A stretch of DNA of 58,056 nucleotides from a virus. Taxonomy: Duplodnaviria > Caudoviricetes. The notes under the pieces were generated by a model. That model was not told where the DNA came from, did no database searches, and saw only the letters and a program-made list of their open reading frames with translations. Positions 20,501 to 28,561 of this stretch are shown here, in pieces (within the stretch, counting starts at the first letter, position 1; the number at the start of each line of letters is the position of its first letter). Position numbers and translations under genes: made by a program. Where the stretch lies: IMG/VR virus record IMGVR_UViG_3300021373_003097, positions 1 to 58,056 of that record, one strand, 5' to 3'.

Positions 20501-21089
20501 TTCTATCACTAACTCTAACAGCTCATTTGGTAACGTAGGACTTAAAGCAACAGGCGTATCTACATCTCTCTACTCAGCAACAGTTGATGGTGATCAGGGA
20601 ACAATTGAAAACACTGTTAACCTGACTGGTTTGACACAGATGCCGAACATCTCTGATGCAGCTAAGTTTGCAGATGATCCTTTATACTACACGGTAGACT
20701 CTGCGTATTACGACTCTTCAACTGGAACCGGCACAATTAAGCTTCTAGAAACGTTTGATTCAGATGTAGTAAATGGAAGTCAGACAGTTAACTTCCATCA
20801 AAGAAGTGCTCTTTCTTCATCTGGTCATACGTTCGAATGGATCGGTACCGGTACAGATGTACGTACTGCATTCCCATACAGAGGTGGTGTACCTGCACAA
20901 GCAGATGAAGTTATTCAAGACTCTAACAGGGCGGGTCTCTGTTTCGTTACTAGTACCGACCAGAAAGGTGACTTCAGAGTTGGTGAAGACTTCTTAATTC
21001 AAAGATCAACTGGAACAATTGAGGGTGATGCATTTGATCGAAGCCTCTTTGCTCGTATCACTCCATTCTCACTCGCACTCGAGGATTAA
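17589..21089 (+). CDS. large virion fibre protein: Mtd-N-like N-terminus, helical CxRD repeats, beta-helix domain
   Basis: IKLRRSSVAGNKPT..LALGEVAINTHDG; FYVSKSGDDSNDG; four (K/S)(C/T/S)xRD...YD repeats; SPYIRNCTS, SMVVDSFTQ and SSGHTFEWIGTG. Confidence 0.75.
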   Translation: MSATIKLRRSSVAGNKPTTDQLALGEVAINTHDGTMFFKRDKEGQLSIVELGGSAVAENVFYVSKSGDDSNDGSSLDKAFLTIDKALEEAAKRRGSVGLDSDGAEGSVLENKTRRDLGLYIDGSKYDIALGTTFNQIFQGRAGSYTKGKDEVITSLDYVKASFSATSGDPIGLSRIRNTPSIVTRSNDYWNELKDIIDSGRDNADTLDSNSYLQITGYYTNSTVEDNATRSRRLLLDNKLFFAEEVSNYIEKQIAEAPTWYEFNYNKGKCNRDTKLLVDAVRYDTLFGTNIRSVSAAIRYYNGTANTVLNNQKTQTVQSFTKAKEFTSLNLTDAGTITTAEALWDEIIEIVDSGSADIDAGSGVADAYNYATPIGSATFPTNRDSDFGHAANQLYVNKLHIQEEIIGWILKQVTDQTAPFTSSFSYDSVSCKRDVGLVLDAVIYDTIYGGNLQSYDAAIAYYVGAQAQYGDGEKEETIAALQRLKDVVSDVVLANNITESQDPSYYTGNQLTNANAGDSASAIFAAARIEDIIGYLETDGGDAPTRLYPDTSWPSATLRGQFIRLEDSAQQSIADSTVGWINEQVDLAEDFNSFNYDSNVRVKSKRDTRFTIEALTYDATYLGNAGSYDNAAFFQNDGPQIPKVQRGICKAAFNRLSTVVNQVLLGDSVELSDSTNAYNGNLQQFNSVYPDSAKATELSSLISMTARVIDSGLDALPASRITPDLDTEANFDSATLNTGGIDYKAAFDQITEEDSNIIDNTITHLDSVYPLLFDIGDRYQDVLDAPEIASTIYVKTGEYLVNNPVEIPKNVSLIGDNLKNTSIRPKNKTSDVFYLNNNAYVSDFTFRDHLQPAAVFCWDPAGTPDTNVIVNSPYIRNCTSITGPDLSRNDDGTYVYPDSSGDLYTPASGGDGIRNDGNHSGGIRSMVVDSFTQINQGGKGIYLKNRGYCQLVSVFTVYCDVAFLAEDGGFASITNSNSSFGNVGLKATGVSTSLYSATVDGDQGTIENTVNLTGLTQMPNISDAAKFADDPLYYTVDSAYYDSSTGTGTIKLLETFDSDVVNGSQTVNFHQRSALSSSGHTFEWIGTGTDVRTAFPYRGGVPAQADEVIQDSNRAGLCFVTSTDQKGDFRVGEDFLIQRSTGTIEGDAFDRSLFARITPFSLALED

Positions 21090-21091
21090 AC

Positions 21092-21442
21092 ATGGCTGAC
21101 CTAAACGTATTTAAAACAGTTGCACAAACAGTTGCTGATTCGAATCAACATCCTGATATAATCATCTATTCAGCTCCAGTAAACTATACTGGAATCGTGC
21201 TTTCGACTCAAGTTGCAAATGTAGATGCTGACAGCGACGTAGACTTGACATTTACTTATCACGACTCAGGTGCTGATCCAGGGACTGAGCTATTAAAAGA
21301 TTTTACTATTCCAACCGGTGATGCTACTAATGCCACTGCAGGTAAGCTTGTAGTTCAAGCTAGTCATTATTTAAAGATGAGATCTAGCAAGACGGATAGT
21401 TTAAAAGTTATATTAGGTGTACTGGAATCTTTGAATGGCTAA
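21092..21442 (+). CDS. small beta-rich virion adaptor protein
   Basis: LNVFKTV...IYSAP...QVANV...KLVV...LKVILGVLE; resembles 6119..6505. Confidence 0.65.
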   Translation: MADLNVFKTVAQTVADSNQHPDIIIYSAPVNYTGIVLSTQVANVDADSDVDLTFTYHDSGADPGTELLKDFTIPTGDATNATAGKLVVQASHYLKMRSSKTDSLKVILGVLESLNG

Positions 21443-24400
21443 AGACATCCGCCTCCTTAGCGGTAGAATCAAGACTAAAGCTCAGGATAAACTAGATCCG
21501 AGACGTACAGATTTTATAAGTCTGGATAACGTTGAACCTAACTTAGGTTCTCCGGACTCTGACTATAGAATCTCCAGCTCTCTTCAAGATGGAACTAGGT
21601 TTTGGATGACGCCTAAGGGCGGAGGTCTTAAAGTTGGCTCAGACCCAAACAACGTTACTCAACTTCAGGGTGACGAGTTAACTTTTACGATTGATACCAA
21701 TAAATTCACTCCTTTTGATAATGTAAAAAGCACTAGTACTACTCTCGCTCAGGTCTTAGATGATCTAGATTCTTCTATTGGATATGCCACTTCGATTGCT
21801 CTCTCTGCTGTTCTCGTTGACAGCAACTTTAATGGTGATGGGACTCCAGGGAAAGAGTTAAGTCTTGACAGCTCATTAGAAATCAACAGCATCACTGATG
21901 CTAGGTTTATTAGAGCCGACAGCATCGGTGACTCTAATACATTCTTTACGGGTGACGGCTCACTGCTGTTTAACCTTCCAATCGTAGACAGTGACATCGA
22001 TAGCATTGCGAGACACGCTTTAACTGGTGGATTAGGCATCAGCTACACTCCTGATGATGGTGTCATTTCTATAGATTCATTTGCTACTGGAGTTACTCTT
22101 AACGGGTTGACTGTAACTGATGATGTACTGATCAGCGGTAACTTGACTGTTACTGGTGATCAGACTATCGTTAATACTCAAGAATTAAAAGTAGACGATG
22201 CTCTTATCCAGCTTGCTGTAGGAAATGAAACGTCAGATGATGTTGACATCGGGTTCATCGGTCACTACTACAGCAACACCTATGGTGAAGTTCACACCGG
22301 TCTGTTTAGAGATGCTAGTAACCAAGAGTGGTATCTTTTCCATGAGCACATTGAATCTTCATTTGATACTGGAACCACTACAGCCGTAATTAACAGAAGT
22401 GACGTATCTCCCAGAAGCTTTAAACTAGCTGACCTTAATGTATTTGAGATCGATGCTGTAGACGGTCAGTTTGACAGTGCAACCATAACTAACGGCACAC
22501 TGACTCTCGCTACATCTGACATGACTGTCACCAATGGTGATATCTCCATGACAAATGGAGGAATCACTACAGACAGTATTCACACTACAAATTTAACAGT
22601 ATTTCATATCGACAGCGCCGACAGCGCATTTATCCGCAGATTGAGCTTTGACTCTCTGGACAGCGGAGTCGTCGTGCCGCTCTTTGCTCTGCCAGCAGAT
22701 TTCGTCGCAGCAGCCAGTGAAGATAGTATTGATTCTTCTCGTATTCCTGACCTGTACTTAAGAAACGATGGGGATGATACTACTACAGGAATCATTACGG
22801 CAAAGGGCTTTATCGGCTCTGATCTTACTATCGATGACAGCGCATATATCGATGTATCGTATATTAGAGTACTCACTGGTGATTCTGCTACGTTTAATCA
22901 GTTTACAGGTAGATTAATCGGTCTCGCTGATTCTGCTCTTAGCGCTGATAAGCTTACAGCTACTAAAACGTTCGAAGTATCAGGTGATGTAACTACAACA
23001 ACTCCGCTTCCTACATTTGATGGAACCGGTAATGTCGATATGTCGGTGTCTATTAATAATGGAGCAGTAGACTCTGATGCGCTTGGAACGGACGCTGTAG
23101 CTACAGATAAGATTCAAGACAATGCAGTAACTGCAGATAAGATTGCTCCTGGTGCTGTTGACTCTGACATTAGAGCTTTGGTTACCAAGGCGTATCTCGA
23201 TTCTGCAAATATCGATGCAGATACTCTTGACTCTTTCAATTCCAACCAATTCTTAAGATCTGATGTTGCAGATGATGTTGAAGCCGATCTTACTTTTAAG
23301 GACAATGTCCAAGCTAGATTTGGTGATGGCGGTGATCTTAAGATTTACCACGACACTATAAACAGCTTCATCTCTGAAGTAGGTACCGGTGATCTTTATA
23401 TCACTACCAACGGTCAAGAAGTACTTATCAAAGACTCTGAGAACGGTAAGCTTTCAGCTGAGTTTATTCCAGATAGTGCAGTAGATCTTTACTATAATGG
23501 TAACCTAAAGTTTGAGACCACCAATACCGGTGCTAAAGTCACTGGAATTATCGAAGCAGATTCTGGTACCCTTAACGGTAACAGAATCATCACTACTGCA
23601 GACTTTGGTGATGGTGGAGGTATCAACGCCGATGAGCTTGATGGTTTAAACTCTACTCAGTTCCTGCGCTCTGATTCAGATGACAGCATGGCCGGAACTC
23701 TGTTTATCGATGACAGTCTTTCAGCTAATAACATCACAAGAAGAAATTCTTCGGTCGTAGTTGGAACTTATGGTTCACCGACCCAGATCCCCATCGTTAA
23801 AGTTGATGCATCTGGTTTCGTTGATAGTGTGGGTATTGCTGCAGTAGCAGGTGTTGATAGTGTAGAATTTGATAGCGCTACTGGTAAGTTTACAGTATTC
23901 CTTGCTACCAACGATTCACTGTCAGCTAATATTACCCTTGATCCATTTACTACAGCAGATCTTACAGAAGATTCTACTGCACTTTACTATACAGATGCTA
24001 GAGCAGACTCTGCAGCTAGAAGTGCAATCAGCGTAGCAAATATCGGCTCAGCCTTTAATATTGGAAGCGGGCCGGTTAACAATCCAGCGTCATATGGACT
24101 TTACTATGATTCTGCCAGCGGAGTCATATCCTTTAACGGACTGGATAGCGATGACATCTTAACTGTTCTTGGAGCTACTACCAGTGAAGGTGATGGCGGT
24201 GAGACTGGAAGCAACGTAGTATTCAGTGCTGACAGTATCCAGACAAACAAACTGACAGTATTTGCCAGCTTCTTAGTAGACAACTCTTCTCTTGCTGGAA
24301 CAGACAGTGGATTCGTAGGATTCTATCATATTGATAGTGTAGACAGTGCATACATCAGAAACTTACACGTTAATACACTGACCTTTGATTCTATTGGTAC

Positions 24401-27400
24401 TACGATTCCTCTCAGCGCATTGCCTGATTCAGTTGTTTCAGCCGGAACAGATGGAACTCTAGACTCTTCGCAGATTCCAGATCTCTACTTAAGAAATGAT
24501 GGAGATGATTCTACTTCAGGAGTGATCACTGCTAAAGGATTCATTGGATCTGATCTAAGCATTGATGACAGTGCATATATCAACAACCTTCATTTAGACT
24601 CTGGATACATCGTCTTTGCTCATATCGATAGTGCGCACTTAGACATTGACAGCGCAAACATCACTACCTTGACGGGTGCATCTGCTACGTTTGATAGCCT
24701 GTTCGGCGGCTTGGATGGGTCTTACTTAAATAACAGCAGTGTCGGCAACGCCAAGTTAGCTAATTCTACTATCAGCATCTCTGACAGCAACGGCAACAGC
24801 CAGACCGTCGCCCTTGGTCAAGAAATCGCATTCTCCGAAGGTGCTGATATCGATATAGCTGTAGGCGGTACTCGTACGGTTACCATCACTAATACCAGTA
24901 CGCTTGATACAGTGACCAGTAGAGATAATTCTACCAGTAATGCTATCACTGTAGGTAACTTTAGAACTACTGGCTACATTCGTGGACCTTCTACTCTTAC
25001 AATTGATCCTGCAGATTGGGATAGTATTAGCGGTACTGTAAGAATCTTAGGTGATCTTCAAGTTGATGGTACTACCACTACAGTTAACTCGACTGAAGTT
25101 ACTATCAACGACAAGACTCTAACCTTAGCGGATAACTCTGCATCCGCCGCGGTGGCCGATGGGGCCGGCCTAATCATTGATGGAGCTAATGCTACCTGGC
25201 TCTATAAGGATATATCCGTAACCGGTTCTGACAGCGCTTGGGTGTCTAACATCAGAGTAGTCGCTCCTAGGTTTGCCGGAAACTTGGCTGCAGGATTTAT
25301 CGATACTGGAACCCTTGATGCAGATCGTATTCCAGATGACTTCTTGCAAGATGGAGACTCTGCAAACTTTAGGTTTATTGACGTTGATTCTGCCAGCATT
25401 GACTCTGCGTTTATCAGCAGGCTTTCTGGCGACTCTGCTAGATTTACAGACTTCTATGGTAACCTGACTGGTAACGTAACCGGTGATGCAGATGGTGCAG
25501 ATAGTGCAACTACTGCACTTAAGCTTAAGACGGCTAGAAATATCGCCATCTCTGGACCCGTCGCCGGCAACACAGACTTTGATGGTTCTCAGGCAATCAC
25601 TATCACTGTTACTCAGCAGAGCAACAGTGTTACCCTCGGTACTCACACCGCAGGAGACTACGTAGCATCTATCACTGCTGGTAATGGGATCATAACCAGC
25701 GGTACAACTGACAGTGAAAATAATACAGTCACCATCAGCGTAGACTCCAGTAATCTTCAGGGGCTATTTAGTGCCGGAACCGGCGTTACTATTAATAGCG
25801 GTATTATTAGTATTGGTCAGGACGTAGCTACAACTGCGGATGTAACATTTGCTAAGGTTACAGCTGACAGTGTGGTTGCCAACAACATCATTAATATTGG
25901 TGAAGCTACTACCAGAGATAAGCTGACGATCGGTGGCGCCAGTGCAGGAGACCTGTTTGGTATCACTTTAGTAGATCCAAGTACAGCCACTTCCGGTGGA
26001 CACGTTAGTTACAGGGACAGCAATGAGACTTTAACTCTAGGCAAGATTACCAGTAGCGTCAAGTCTCATGCCGTTGTTATTGACGATGACTTTGTTGGTA
26101 TCTTTAATGAGAATCCATCGGTTGAACTTGACGTAACAGGAGGCATCACCGCATCTGCTACGATTACTGCTAACCAATTCAACGGCGGCGGCAGTAACCT
26201 GACGGATCTGAATGCAGATGCACTGACTAGTGGAACTGTTGATTCTGCTAGAATCTCTGGTCCCTATCCAGGAATCACATCAGTTGGAACTCTGGATGAT
26301 GGTGAGATTTCGTCAACCTTTGGTGACATTGATATTGGAAATAGTTACTTTACAGGTGACGGTAGAAACATCACTAATCTGGATGCAGGTGAACTTATAA
26401 ACGTCACTGGAGTTGTACCAAGTAGTGTTATAAGTGGATCTTACACAGGTATCACTGAAGTTGGTGCACTAGTAGCCGGATCTATTGATAGTAACTTTGG
26501 TGCCATCAATATTGGTACATCTATTTTTACGGGTGATGGCTCAGGATTATTCAACGTCGATGCTGCAACAATCGGCGGCCTGGATCCAACAGATCTTTCT
26601 AGAATAGTTGTCACTACAAGCTCAACTGGACCAACTTCCACTGGTCAGTATGCTAAGATCGCTACTTACGGTTTAGGTGCTGGAGCTAACGGAACGTTCC
26701 TCTATGCCCTTCTTCCAGAAGGGACTGGAACTAATAACTCCGGTGCAACTATCCTTTCTGTTCAGATGTCAAAAGGAAGCCCTCACACAGCCACGGTTGA
26801 AATCATGGCAATGGGTGGACCTGCACCGTTTAATGATGACGCTTTCCGTATAGTAAACACTGGATCTGCATCCAGCCCCGAGCTTTGGATCCAGTCAAAC
26901 ATCTCCGGTGTCGTTATTCAGGTCTTTGAAATCACTAGACATCAAGACGCTATCAGTGTTACGTATAATGACGGAGCTACATGGCAGTCTACGACACCTT
27001 CTACTAACGGAACTCCCGTAATCAGTAACGGATTGACCTACAGGGGTGATCCTATCTTGACGGCTGGGGCCGACATCGATAGCGCGAATATTAACAACCC
27101 TATCATCAGCGGCGATGTCATCCTTCCTTCGGTTGTAACGTTTGATGATGGTAGCGGAGACAGCGATACCAACAGACCAGGTGGAGATACTTTACTTAAG
27201 CATGGATCTACGATCACTCAAAATACTACAAACACAGTGACCTTAGATGAAAATGATGCTACTAAAGCTGTAGGTGGAAAGTACCTGATCTCTGCCCAAA
27301 GAGGTATCGCTTCTCATATGACAGAGATCAACTTTGTAGTAGCAAATAACAACACAGTCCATGCAGCTGAATTTGGTACGGTCACTAGCTTAGGTGACTT

Positions 27401-27518
27401 GTTCTCAGTAGAGATGGATGTCTCAGGTGGAAACGTGAGACTAAGGATTACTCCGGACAATACGAGTAAAACAATATTTAAATTCAGCTCTACAGTGTTT
27501 TATGATGATGGCACATAA
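21435..27518 (+). CDS. long tail fibre protein (2027 aa)
   Basis: LDGLNSTQFLRSD-type motifs, FGDGGDLKIYHD, LQVDGTTTTVNST, ATTALKLKTARNI and internal repeats. Confidence 0.85.
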   Translation: MAKDIRLLSGRIKTKAQDKLDPRRTDFISLDNVEPNLGSPDSDYRISSSLQDGTRFWMTPKGGGLKVGSDPNNVTQLQGDELTFTIDTNKFTPFDNVKSTSTTLAQVLDDLDSSIGYATSIALSAVLVDSNFNGDGTPGKELSLDSSLEINSITDARFIRADSIGDSNTFFTGDGSLLFNLPIVDSDIDSIARHALTGGLGISYTPDDGVISIDSFATGVTLNGLTVTDDVLISGNLTVTGDQTIVNTQELKVDDALIQLAVGNETSDDVDIGFIGHYYSNTYGEVHTGLFRDASNQEWYLFHEHIESSFDTGTTTAVINRSDVSPRSFKLADLNVFEIDAVDGQFDSATITNGTLTLATSDMTVTNGDISMTNGGITTDSIHTTNLTVFHIDSADSAFIRRLSFDSLDSGVVVPLFALPADFVAAASEDSIDSSRIPDLYLRNDGDDTTTGIITAKGFIGSDLTIDDSAYIDVSYIRVLTGDSATFNQFTGRLIGLADSALSADKLTATKTFEVSGDVTTTTPLPTFDGTGNVDMSVSINNGAVDSDALGTDAVATDKIQDNAVTADKIAPGAVDSDIRALVTKAYLDSANIDADTLDSFNSNQFLRSDVADDVEADLTFKDNVQARFGDGGDLKIYHDTINSFISEVGTGDLYITTNGQEVLIKDSENGKLSAEFIPDSAVDLYYNGNLKFETTNTGAKVTGIIEADSGTLNGNRIITTADFGDGGGINADELDGLNSTQFLRSDSDDSMAGTLFIDDSLSANNITRRNSSVVVGTYGSPTQIPIVKVDASGFVDSVGIAAVAGVDSVEFDSATGKFTVFLATNDSLSANITLDPFTTADLTEDSTALYYTDARADSAARSAISVANIGSAFNIGSGPVNNPASYGLYYDSASGVISFNGLDSDDILTVLGATTSEGDGGETGSNVVFSADSIQTNKLTVFASFLVDNSSLAGTDSGFVGFYHIDSVDSAYIRNLHVNTLTFDSIGTTIPLSALPDSVVSAGTDGTLDSSQIPDLYLRNDGDDSTSGVITAKGFIGSDLSIDDSAYINNLHLDSGYIVFAHIDSAHLDIDSANITTLTGASATFDSLFGGLDGSYLNNSSVGNAKLANSTISISDSNGNSQTVALGQEIAFSEGADIDIAVGGTRTVTITNTSTLDTVTSRDNSTSNAITVGNFRTTGYIRGPSTLTIDPADWDSISGTVRILGDLQVDGTTTTVNSTEVTINDKTLTLADNSASAAVADGAGLIIDGANATWLYKDISVTGSDSAWVSNIRVVAPRFAGNLAAGFIDTGTLDADRIPDDFLQDGDSANFRFIDVDSASIDSAFISRLSGDSARFTDFYGNLTGNVTGDADGADSATTALKLKTARNIAISGPVAGNTDFDGSQAITITVTQQSNSVTLGTHTAGDYVASITAGNGIITSGTTDSENNTVTISVDSSNLQGLFSAGTGVTINSGIISIGQDVATTADVTFAKVTADSVVANNIINIGEATTRDKLTIGGASAGDLFGITLVDPSTATSGGHVSYRDSNETLTLGKITSSVKSHAVVIDDDFVGIFNENPSVELDVTGGITASATITANQFNGGGSNLTDLNADALTSGTVDSARISGPYPGITSVGTLDDGEISSTFGDIDIGNSYFTGDGRNITNLDAGELINVTGVVPSSVISGSYTGITEVGALVAGSIDSNFGAINIGTSIFTGDGSGLFNVDAATIGGLDPTDLSRIVVTTSSTGPTSTGQYAKIATYGLGAGANGTFLYALLPEGTGTNNSGATILSVQMSKGSPHTATVEIMAMGGPAPFNDDAFRIVNTGSASSPELWIQSNISGVVIQVFEITRHQDAISVTYNDGATWQSTTPSTNGTPVISNGLTYRGDPILTAGADIDSANINNPIISGDVILPSVVTFDDGSGDSDTNRPGGDTLLKHGSTITQNTTNTVTLDENDATKAVGGKYLISAQRGIASHMTEINFVVANNNTVHAAEFGTVTSLGDLFSVEMDVSGGNVRLRITPDNTSKTIFKFSSTVFYDDGT
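22602..22850 (+). repeat. intragenic repeat, copy 1 (about 85 aa; copy 2 at 24321..24581)
   Basis: IPDLYLRNDGDDTTTGIITAKGFIGSDLTIDDSAYI versus IPDLYLRNDGDDSTSGVITAKGFIGSDLSIDDSAYI. Confidence 0.9.
24321..24581 (+). repeat. intragenic repeat, copy 2
   Basis: Matches 22602..22850 in protein and partly in DNA (tacttaagaaa[c/t]gatgg[g/a]gatgat). Confidence 0.9.
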
Positions 27519-27520
27519 TG

Positions 27521-27528
27521 TATAAATA
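27521..27528 (+). promoter_or_regulatory. T4-type late promoter
   Basis: Exact TATAAATA. Confidence 0.85.
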
Positions 27529-27562
27529 ATTAAAATCTAAATGCTACTGGGGAGAGTGAACC

Positions 27563-28537
27563 GTGGCGGGCAATGATAAAGACTTTATAGTCAAAAATGA
27601 CTTACAAGTCAAAGGCTCTGGCGTATCTTTATTTGATTCCGGCGACGTTGTCGTAGGCGGCGACCTTCGAGTAAAAGCCGATTCATCTGTCGATTTCCTG
27701 ACTATCGATAGCGACGGAGTTACCTTAGCTTCTCCTGGTATCTTTACTGGAGACGGATCCGGTCTCACTGGAATCACTGCTGACATTACTGGTGCATCGG
27801 TATTTGACTTATCGAATGTAGATAGCTCTGGCGTCACTCCTATTCAGAACTATGTTCTGGCATTTGACTCTGCAACTCAAAAATTTATTCCATCTGCTGC
27901 AGTAGCAGTATTAGAGATTGAGAACGACAGTGACGTACTTCAAGCTGTAAGAACAGTAGTAGATCTTGGAGACATTAGTGATGTAGATTCCAACGCAAGT
28001 ATAAGTGGAGCCGGCGCAGATCCTCAAGAAGGACAGTCTCTTGTATGGGACAACACTCTTCAGAAATGGAAAGCCGGTTCAGCTTCAGCTACTGCTACAG
28101 CCACAGTTGACAGTGTAGGGGCAAGAAACACATCTCCTCTCTCTGGAGAGCTGTTCTATGACTTAGATCAAGAAGGTCTATATGTTTACGATGGAAACGA
28201 CTGGGAGCTAGCAGCCCCACAGCTTTCCTCATTTGAGTTTATTCAGCCTGGCACCTTTAACAGCTTTTTATCAACTACTACATATACTCCTAGCACCACA
28301 ATATACTTACAAAACTTAAAGGCAGTTACTAGAGACTCTCACCAAGGAATTACTTTTAGTATAGTTAAAAATGGGACTAACCTAACACCCAGCTTTAGCA
28401 TTCCTGCAGGCCAATTAAGATCAAGCGCAGAGTTTAGCTCTCCGGTTACTATCACTGGAACCGATAGTGTAGGATTAGTCGGTTCTGTAACAAGCGGGGA
28501 CGCTACCATCTTGGCCGTTGAGGTCTTCTTTAAATAA
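27563..28537 (+). CDS. distal fibre-associated protein (GTG start)
   Basis: NDKDFIVKNDLQV, FTGDGSGLTGI, LSNVD..VLAFDSATQKF and GELFYD..LYVYDGNDW motifs. Confidence 0.7.
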   Translation: MAGNDKDFIVKNDLQVKGSGVSLFDSGDVVVGGDLRVKADSSVDFLTIDSDGVTLASPGIFTGDGSGLTGITADITGASVFDLSNVDSSGVTPIQNYVLAFDSATQKFIPSAAVAVLEIENDSDVLQAVRTVVDLGDISDVDSNASISGAGADPQEGQSLVWDNTLQKWKAGSASATATATVDSVGARNTSPLSGELFYDLDQEGLYVYDGNDWELAAPQLSSFEFIQPGTFNSFLSTTTYTPSTTIYLQNLKAVTRDSHQGITFSIVKNGTNLTPSFSIPAGQLRSSAEFSSPVTITGTDSVGLVGSVTSGDATILAVEVFFK

Positions 28538-28561
28538 GCACATGAAAAGGAAAATGTAAAA

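Noticed and set aside
15512-27518. Abundant GANTC (GACTC/GATTC) sites as a CcrM/HinfI-type methylation signal
   Set aside because: They are a by-product of in-frame Asp-Ser codons. Many DS use GAY-AGY, which gives no GANTC, so the protein motif is the better explanation. A frame-specific count would confirm this.
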